A stretch of DNA of 64,000 nt from Candidatus Nomurabacteria bacterium (GTDB lineage: Bacteria > Patescibacteriota > Minisyncoccia > Phycocordibacterales > UBA918). The stretch is taken from contig CP060228.1 in assembly GCA_023898565.1 (NCBI GenBank), positions 304,594 through 368,593 on the forward strand, read 5' to 3'. The notes beneath the pieces were generated by a model. That model had not been told where the DNA came from, ran no database searches, and worked only from the letters and a program-made list of their open reading frames with translations. Positions 57,312 to 64,000 of the stretch are shown in pieces. The position numbers and the translations under genes were made by a program. Positions within the stretch are counted from its first letter, which is position 1. Every line of letters starts with the position of its first letter.

Positions 57312-58559
57312 TTAATTACTGAACTGCATCACACAAAACTGTTTCTTTCCTCTCTTCAAAAGAGCAATACCTTTATTAGCATCGCTCCTGTCAACAACAG
57401 CGTCTACAGTAGTGATTTTATTCCCATTTATCGTAATCGCACCCTCTTCAATAAAAGTTCGTGCTTCACGATTACTCTTTGCAAGAGCTGACGCCACCAA
57501 TACTTCTACCAGTGACTGCTGATGAATGACTGTTACCTTTGGCGCATTTTCAATAATCATTGCCACAGCTGCATCACTAAGACTCATCACATCACCACCA
57601 CCAAACAAAATCTGTGACACTTCCTCAGCGGCGGTCGCTGCCCCAACGCCATGCACCAACGTAGTCACCCCCAAGGCCAACTTTCGTTGCGCAGCACGCG
57701 CTCCTGGATTTTCTTGTTGCACCTGCTCAATTCCAGCGATTTCTTCTAGCGGCAAAAACGTAAAACGTTTCAAGTGTTCAATCACACTATCGTCGCTGAC
57801 ATTTAACCAGAACTGATAAAACTGGTACGGAGACGTTTTTGCCGCATCAAGCCACACCGCATTCCCTTCACTCTTACCAAACTTCTTCCCGGTCGCTTTA
57901 TCAATAATCAATGGTACCGTAACCGCAAACACTTCTGTCTGCTTCTTACGACGCACTAGTTCAACACCAGACACAATATTCCCCCACTGATCTGAACCAC
58001 CTACCTGCACGGTCACATTTTTATCTTCAAATAACCGCAAAAAGTCGTACCCCTGCAAAATCGGGTACGCAAACTCTGTGTACGAAAGTCCTGTGTCACT
58101 AGAAAGCCGTGTTGCAATTGCATCTTTCTTTATAAGTTCATTTACCGTGTAATGCTTGCCGATATCACGCAAGAAATCGATGAGTTTAATCTCAGTGAGC
58201 CATGTCGCATTATCAACAAACTCAATCTCTGTACCAGCAAAAAAACGTTCAGCCTGCGCCTTAAGACCAGCCACATTCTTAGCCACATCTTCTAGCGGCT
58301 TCAGCTGCCGTTCAGCGTCTGGTTTGGGGTCACCAATCATCCCTGTACCGCCACCAACCAAGAAGACAATCTTGTGTCCAGCGAGCGCCAAATGGCGAAG
58401 CAACATCCAGATAACAAAATTACCCGCGTGCGCAGAATCAGCACTTGGGTCAATGCCGTGATATATGGTACGCTTCTCCCCATCGACAATCTCAGTGAGT
58501 GATGGACTAGAGACCTGATGAATAAACCCTCTGTTTTCTAACTCTTTTGCAAGGCTCAT
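57312..58559 (-). CDS. tyrS: Tyrosine--tRNA ligase (with C-terminal S4 domain)
   Basis: A HAGN variant of HIGH. KFGKS (KMSKS). Confidence 0.9.
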   Translation of the reverse strand: MSLAKELENRGFIHQVSSPSLTEIVDGEKRTIYHGIDPSADSAHAGNFVIWMLLRHLALAGHKIVFLVGGGTGMIGDPKPDAERQLKPLEDVAKNVAGLKAQAERFFAGTEIEFVDNATWLTEIKLIDFLRDIGKHYTVNELIKKDAIATRLSSDTGLSYTEFAYPILQGYDFLRLFEDKNVTVQVGGSDQWGNIVSGVELVRRKKQTEVFAVTVPLIIDKATGKKFGKSEGNAVWLDAAKTSPYQFYQFWLNVSDDSVIEHLKRFTFLPLEEIAGIEQVQQENPGARAAQRKLALGVTTLVHGVGAATAAEEVSQILFGGGDVMSLSDAAVAMIIENAPKVTVIHQQSLVEVLVASALAKSNREARTFIEEGAITINGNKITTVDAVVDRSDANKGIALLKRGKKQFCVMQFSN

Positions 58560-58637
58560 ATTGAAACAACTCTATCACACATTCGTAGTAAATTGTCTAG
58601 ACAACTCATGCTAACATTGGCTATATAACTATATATT

Positions 58638-60905
58638 ATGAAAATTGGCGCTTGGTTTAAAAAGAATTGGAAGGAGATCTTTATGGATCTATTGGTTTTT
58701 GGCTTAGCAGCCTTTATTATCATTTCCGCTGTTGGCTTAATCTGGATATCTACCCTAGAGATTCCAGACCTTTCCGCATTTGAAGAACGTCGTGTTCTAC
58801 AATCAACCAAAATTTATGACCGCACCGGTGAAATACTCCTCTATGACCTACACCAAGATGTACGTCGCACTATTGTGCCATTTGATGAAATGTCGCCGTT
58901 TGTGCGCAATGCCACTATTGCTATTGAAGATGATCAGTTCTATAACCATATCGGGATCGACTTTATGGCGATTATTCGCTCGATGGTAATCAATCTCCAA
59001 AAAACTGGTGATCCTTTTTCTGGCGTTGGCGGCTCTACCATCACCCAACAAGTAATTAAAAACTCTGTTCTTGATCGCGATAAAAACCTTACCCGTAAGG
59101 TGAAAGAAGCGATTCTTTCAATCAAACTTGAGCGCGTAATGGAAAAAGACCAGATTCTTGAAGTATATCTAAACGAAGCGCCTTACGGTGGCACAATCTA
59201 TGGCGTTGAAGAAGCGGCACAATCTTTCTTTGGTAAAAAAGCAATTGATCTCACTCTTCCTGAAGCAGCCTACCTAGCTGCCATCCCACAAGCACCGACT
59301 TACTTTTCTCCCTACGGATCACACCGAGCAGACCTCGACGAACGCCAGCAACTAGTTCTCGATCGCATGAGACTAAATGGCTTCATTACCGTAGATCAAT
59401 ACAACGAAGCAAAGGACACTACCATAGAATTCCAACCACAAGCAGTTACAGGAATACGAGCACCTCACTTTGTTATGTATGTTGTTGAACAGTTAGCAGA
59501 AAAATATGGTGAAGAAGCAATGGCAGAACAAGGCTTTCGCATCATCACTACACTTGACTGGGATCTGCAAAAGGAAGCCGAGAAAATCGTAGCACAGAAA
59601 GTTGCTTCAAATACTGAAAAATACAACGCTACCAACGGTGGCTTAGTAGCAGTCGACCCAAAAACGGGAGACTTACTCACTATGGTTGGTTCACGAGATT
59701 ATTTCAGTGAAGATATTGATGGTAATTTTAATGTCACCTTGGCACCACGCCAGCCTGGATCATCAATCAAGCCATTCGTGTATGCTAATGCATTTCGAAA
59801 AGGATACCTTCCGCAAACTGTACTATTTGATGTACCGACTCAGTTTTCACCACAATGCGAACCAGACAGCCAAAGCTCTGAATCACCTTGTTATGCACCA
59901 CAAAACTACAACCACAAGTTTGTAGGACCAATCAGTATGCGCAATGCACTGGCTCAATCGCTTAATATTCCAGCAGTTAAAACACTGTATTTAGCAGGCT
60001 TGAAAGATACCCTTAAATTTGCGGCTGATATGGGGCTCACAACCCTCAACGACCCAGACCGCTACGGCCTAACGCTCGTACTTGGAGGTGGAGAGGTTCG
60101 TCTTGTCGACATGACATACGCCTACAGCGTATTTGCGAATGCGGGTCTAAAAACGGAACCGCGCACCATTTTAAAAGTTGAAGATAGCCGTGGCAACGTT
60201 ATAGACGAACCTGAAGTACAGACCCATCGTGTACTGGAAGAAAATGTTGCCTATATGATAAGCGATGTTCTTTCAGATAACGTGGCTCGAACTCCTTTAT
60301 GGGGAAATTGGTCAATTGTAAACTTCGGTGAGCGTGACGTGGCAGTAAAATCTGGCAGCACTAACAACTTACGTGACGCATGGATTATGGGATACGCTCC
60401 AAACATCGCAGTTGGTGCTTGGTGTGGCAACAACGACAACGCAGCTATGGGAGGTGGCCTCTCAGGCCTTATTACAACTCCAATGTGGCGCGCTTTCATG
60501 GACGTTGCCTTAGCTAAATTGCCGAACGAGGAATTTCCAGAGCCTGAAATTAACACCGATGGATTAAAACCTGTCCTTCGTGGAGAATACATCGACACCG
60601 CAGCGCTACTTGAAGCCATGCAGAGTAAGCAAGCTGCTGAAGAAACAAATAATACACGGCCAAATCGCAACAACAGAAATGATACTAACGAGGACGAAAT
60701 TAATAGCCAAACTATTGATGTTGCAGCGGTCTACAACAACATTCACTCAATTCTTCATTTCGTAAATCGTGATGACCCAACCGGCGGTTACCCAGCCAAC
60801 CCCGCCAGCGACCCGCAGTACGAAAACTGGGAATATGGGGTGCAGAAGTGGAACCAAGAAACCTTCGGACTTCTCCTTGGCACCACCACCCCATCAGAAA
60901 ACTAA
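58638..60905 (+). CDS. Class A penicillin-binding protein (bifunctional glycosyltransferase/transpeptidase, PBP1A-like)
   Basis: GT51 motifs EDDQFYNHIGID. TPase PGSSIKP (SxxK) and KSGSTN (KTG). Confidence 0.9.
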   Translation: MKIGAWFKKNWKEIFMDLLVFGLAAFIIISAVGLIWISTLEIPDLSAFEERRVLQSTKIYDRTGEILLYDLHQDVRRTIVPFDEMSPFVRNATIAIEDDQFYNHIGIDFMAIIRSMVINLQKTGDPFSGVGGSTITQQVIKNSVLDRDKNLTRKVKEAILSIKLERVMEKDQILEVYLNEAPYGGTIYGVEEAAQSFFGKKAIDLTLPEAAYLAAIPQAPTYFSPYGSHRADLDERQQLVLDRMRLNGFITVDQYNEAKDTTIEFQPQAVTGIRAPHFVMYVVEQLAEKYGEEAMAEQGFRIITTLDWDLQKEAEKIVAQKVASNTEKYNATNGGLVAVDPKTGDLLTMVGSRDYFSEDIDGNFNVTLAPRQPGSSIKPFVYANAFRKGYLPQTVLFDVPTQFSPQCEPDSQSSESPCYAPQNYNHKFVGPISMRNALAQSLNIPAVKTLYLAGLKDTLKFAADMGLTTLNDPDRYGLTLVLGGGEVRLVDMTYAYSVFANAGLKTEPRTILKVEDSRGNVIDEPEVQTHRVLEENVAYMISDVLSDNVARTPLWGNWSIVNFGERDVAVKSGSTNNLRDAWIMGYAPNIAVGAWCGNNDNAAMGGGLSGLITTPMWRAFMDVALAKLPNEEFPEPEINTDGLKPVLRGEYIDTAALLEAMQSKQAAEETNNTRPNRNNRNDTNEDEINSQTIDVAAVYNNIHSILHFVNRDDPTGGYPANPASDPQYENWEYGVQKWNQETFGLLLGTTTPSEN

Positions 60906-60908
60906 CTT

Positions 60909-61205
60909 TCAAAAAATCACTTTCGGACAACCGTCTTTCCCAAGACGGTTTTCTAATTCTTGAAAAATAACCTGCTGTTTAAGCGTAAGCTCTGATTTAA
61001 TAATACTCGACACCTGGAGCGAGATGGTGCGTGTATTTGGTGTGTATACTACCTGCTCAAACTTTATATCAAATCCAGCCACATCTTTTATCACCTGCAC
61101 AAATTCTTTCTCAACCGTCGCCTGTGGCGCCTTGATACGTGTCTTGTAACGCTCAAACAGACTACCAATCTGCTTCATTGCCTTAGGAGTTGAGTATTGT
61201 TCCAT
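60909..61205 (-). CDS. DUF721 (DciA-like) protein
   Basis: 98 aa, located immediately after dnaN as is typical for DUF721/DciA. Weak sequence pattern. Confidence 0.5.
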   Translation of the reverse strand: MEQYSTPKAMKQIGSLFERYKTRIKAPQATVEKEFVQVIKDVAGFDIKFEQVVYTPNTRTISLQVSSIIKSELTLKQQVIFQELENRLGKDGCPKVIF

Positions 61206-61236
61206 AGTAGTAGTATATACGTCCTTAGAAAGCAGT

Positions 61237-61272
61237 AAAAGGCCGCTGAAGACATTGTCTTCAGCGGCCTTT
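61237..61272. terminator. Terminator after dnaN
   Basis: aaaaggccgctgaagacattgtcttcagcggccttt. Confidence 0.75.
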
Positions 61273-61291
61273 GCCTACCACTTCCACCAAT

Positions 61292-62386
61292 CTATTTATT
61301 CATTGGCATCACCAAGTACCTAAAACTCGTGTCCCCCACCCCTTGCATCACCATTGCGCGGCCAATCCCAGCAAAACTCATCTTAACCGAATCGTCACTC
61401 ACATGCCCAAGAGGATCCATAATGTACTGCTGATTAAAACTAAGTGACAATTCCTCACCCTCCACTTGAGCACGTACTGTATCTGTCGTATGACCAACTT
61501 CATTATTTTGTGAGGAAATCGTGAGACTATGTTCAGTAATCATCAGCGATACTTGACGGAACTTATTTAAAAATACATTAGTCTTTTTGAACGACCTGGA
61601 CAAATCATCTTTAAGCACCGTTACGTATGTCACAAATTCTTTCGGAATAATCTGTGCGTAATCTGGAAAATTTCCAGTTACCAACCGAGACGATACATAC
61701 ACCCCACCAGGAAAACGGAGTGCGCACTGGTTTTCGTTTGTAATGAATACAGGATCCTGACCCACCACATCAATGATACGAGCGAGCTCAACAGCATTCT
61801 TCTGTGGAATCATAATTGACTGATCCATAACCAAACTTTTTTGCGTAACCGTCTTCTCCATCAAGCGAAACGAGTCAGTTGCAACAAACGTCAGCGAGTG
61901 CTCCTTCTTCTGCTGTACAAACACACTACCAAGCTCTGGCTTTATAGATGTTTGAGACGCCGCAAACGCTACACTTTTTATGCCGTATGAAAAACTAGAA
62001 CCTTGCAACTTCAATTCTTCTCCTTGCAACTGATGCAACTTAGGAAACTCATCAACAGAAAATGTTTTAATTGAGGTGTTTGTATTAGCTGTCTCGAGCT
62101 GCAGCACCTGTTCTTCAGTTCGAAGTGTCACTTCTTTTTGTGACATAAACTGAATACTCTGCAAAAAAATCTGTGCAGGAATCGCCACTAAACCCTCCTC
62201 TGCTACTGATCCCGAAAGCGTGACTTCAATACTAATTTCAAGATTAGTTGCTTGTAAAGTAATGCTATTTTCTTTCGCCTCAATCAACACACACTGCAAG
62301 ACAGGTAGTGTTATGTGCTTAGTGCTTATCCTCCCCACTAGCTCGAGAGCTTTAGTGAGTTCGCTGTGTGGAATAGTTATCTCCAT
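61292..62386 (-). CDS. dnaN: DNA polymerase III beta sliding clamp
   Basis: Three-domain clamp pattern. Start at MEITIPHSELTKALELV (the longer ORF runs to 62440). Confidence 0.85.
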   Translation of the reverse strand: MEITIPHSELTKALELVGRISTKHITLPVLQCVLIEAKENSITLQATNLEISIEVTLSGSVAEEGLVAIPAQIFLQSIQFMSQKEVTLRTEEQVLQLETANTNTSIKTFSVDEFPKLHQLQGEELKLQGSSFSYGIKSVAFAASQTSIKPELGSVFVQQKKEHSLTFVATDSFRLMEKTVTQKSLVMDQSIMIPQKNAVELARIIDVVGQDPVFITNENQCALRFPGGVYVSSRLVTGNFPDYAQIIPKEFVTYVTVLKDDLSRSFKKTNVFLNKFRQVSLMITEHSLTISSQNNEVGHTTDTVRAQVEGEELSLSFNQQYIMDPLGHVSDDSVKMSFAGIGRAMVMQGVGDTSFRYLVMPMNK

Positions 62387-62440
62387 ATCTCTATTGTAAA
62401 GCATTTTACTTCTTATTATTAGGGGTGTGGAAGTGTGCAA

Positions 62441-62713
62441 AAGTAGAAAGTATGGCGTACTGTAACGTTGGTTCCTGTGAGCACAATTTAATTTCTATGT
62501 GGGTTATCTCGGGATTGTTGTGGACACGGCTGGGGAAAGGAATTTTAAGGGTCAAAATTTTGACTAAACTGGGTATATCTTTTACCTGAACTCCCAGTTT
62601 TCTGACACCTTACCCAGATTTATTCCCAGTCCAATTAGAGTCTTATTCCTTACTATCCCCAAATCTCTCCACACTACGAAGAAATTAAAATAAAACTACT
62701 CGTGAGAGTAGTT
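62441..62713. promoter_or_regulatory. Putative oriC / dnaA-dnaN intergenic region
   Basis: 273-bp AT-rich spacer with imperfect DnaA-box-like 9-mers (ttgtggaca, tatccccaa, tgtggaagt) and AT-rich tracts. Confidence 0.5.
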
Positions 62714-64000
62714 TTATTTTAAGAGTAATCTGACTTGCGTGATTTCTTCTTCCAGTTCACTGCTACCTTTCAGCTCTTGTTTGATCTTTTCACATGAGTG
62801 AATGACAGTGGTGTGATCGCGGCCACCAAGCTTCTTTCCAATAGCTGGATATGATACCTGAAAATCTTCACGCAGGATGTACATAATGATTTGGCGTGGT
62901 TTCACTACTTCTTTACGCCGCGTCTTTTCATAGATACTCGCCTGGTCGATATCGTAGTAGCGAGCGACTTTTTCAACTACGTCAGTAATGGCTAGTGTTT
63001 TTCGTGGTCGAGAGCTGTTCTTGATGATGGTTCGTACTTCATCAATTGAAAGTGTGCGACCAAGAAGCTGTGATTGACACATGATGGTGTTAAGGGCGCC
63101 TTCAAGTTCCCGCACATTACCTTCAATGCTCTGGGCGAGGTGGTCAACCACTGTGTCATCGAGTGTTATGCTGTTTTGAGCAGCTTTTGCGCGCAAGATA
63201 GCAGCGCGAGACTCAAGATCCGGTGCGGGTAGGTCAACAATCATGCCTTGAGCGAAGCGTGACTGTAGACGCTCCTCCATCCCATTTAAAAGAGCCGGAT
63301 GTTGGTCGCTTGAAAAAACAATTTGTTTGTTGTTGTCGTGCAAAGCATTAAAGAGATGGAAGAGCTCCTCTTGAGTTTTTTCTTTAGTAGCCAGGAACTG
63401 TACATCGTCCATAATGAGTACGTCGTACTGTCGGTAGCGATCTTTGAAGCTGTTGGCACTACCACTCTGTAGGGCGTTGAAATAATCAACCGCAAAACGC
63501 TCAGAAGTAACGTAGAATACTTTCTTGCCAGTTTTTTTAATTTGATTCCCAACGGCTTGAATGAGGTGAGTTTTACCATGGCCAGTCTTGCCATAAATAA
63601 AGAGTGGATTATAGGTAATCCCCGGCTTTTCACTTACTGTTTTAGCAGCAGCGTGCGCAAGAGCGTTGTATGGGCCGACTACAAACGTATCGAAAGAATA
63701 TTTAGGGTTTAAGTTATCGCTCTTGTTGATGTAGTAGTCTTCAAGCGGTAGCGCAGCGTTGACGGTTTGGTTTTTAGTTGATTCTTGCTTGCGCTCGTTG
63801 CGTTGGGCTACGGCGTATTCCACGCTGCGCACGTGTGGGGTTAGGTCGCGCAGGGTTTTGAGAATCATGGTGTGAAACTTATCTTGTAGCCAATCCTTCA
63901 CAAACACGCTTGGTACTCCAATAGTAGCAGTGCCGTCTTCGAGAGTAATAATATAAGTGTCACGGAACCAGGTCTTGAAGTTGGCGGTGGTGATAGAGAG
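62714..64000 (-). CDS. dnaA: Chromosomal replication initiator DnaA (N-terminus beyond window end)
   Basis: AAA+ Walker A GKTGHGKTHL, sensor motifs and a C-terminal DnaA-box-binding HTH (DHTTVIHSCEKI). The reading frame stays open to the window edge. Confidence 0.9.
   Translation of the reverse strand, partial: LSITTANFKTWFRDTYIITLEDGTATIGVPSVFVKDWLQDKFHTMILKTLRDLTPHVRSVEYAVAQRNERKQESTKNQTVNAALPLEDYYINKSDNLNPKYSFDTFVVGPYNALAHAAAKTVSEKPGITYNPLFIYGKTGHGKTHLIQAVGNQIKKTGKKVFYVTSERFAVDYFNALQSGSANSFKDRYRQYDVLIMDDVQFLATKEKTQEELFHLFNALHDNNKQIVFSSDQHPALLNGMEERLQSRFAQGMIVDLPAPDLESRAAILRAKAAQNSITLDDTVVDHLAQSIEGNVRELEGALNTIMCQSQLLGRTLSIDEVRTIIKNSSRPRKTLAITDVVEKVARYYDIDQASIYEKTRRKEVVKPRQIIMYILREDFQVSYPAIGKKLGGRDHTTVIHSCEKIKQELKGSSELEEEITQVRLLLK

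Noticed and set aside
1-64000. CRISPR arrays and cas genes
   Set aside because: No regularly spaced direct repeats of 25-40 bp and no Cas-like ORFs were seen. The only dispersed short repeat is the palindromic terminator element.

Overview
The window reads as a roughly 45% GC, compact, gene-dense bacterial chromosome segment under the standard genetic code. Several traits suggest a CPR/Patescibacteria-like or other small-genome lineage: a ribosomal protein L19 with a low-complexity tail, a DUF721/DciA-like gene beside dnaN, and tRNAs without encoded CCA. That placement is an inference only. The 3' end of the window holds the replication origin region (dnaA partial, an oriC-like spacer, dnaN, DUF721). 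Housekeeping genes include polA, a holA-like gene, tsaE, tyrS, PBP1A, ruvA, ruvB, ruvC, ruvX, rpsT, rplS, uppS, acyP, an RluA-family gene, lnt, a Mur ligase and a SpoU methylase. I called six tRNAs: Leu, Val, Arg, Arg, Ser and Lys. Also present are type IV pilus genes (pilMNO plus a PilB/GspE ATPase), a MacAB-like ABC efflux triad and an RND pump with its adaptor. A CsoR-family repressor with DUF2202 sits divergent from the RND operon behind a recognisable CsoR-type operator. Two very large secreted proteins and four NUDIX hydrolases are present. The accessory content is the most interesting part. (1) A roughly 6.2 kb island next to a tRNA-Arg gene carries a complete type II m5C restriction-modification system (C-protein, Dcm-like MTase, PD-ExK REase, Vsr) plus RadC and a large serine recombinase, built from two pairs of long inverted repeats that abut each other and the tRNA 3' end. 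(2) A NUDIX+SGNH two-gene cassette is bracketed by about 205-bp perfect inverted repeats immediately 3' of another tRNA-Arg. (3) A 23-bp palindromic hairpin element recurs at least four times and behaves as a terminator. (4) A MoaA/viperin-like radical SAM gene, cut by the window edge, is translationally coupled to a divergent adenylate-kinase-like NMP kinase, which is a candidate nucleotide-modifying (pVip-like) pair. Several structured intergenic regions may encode ncRNAs.
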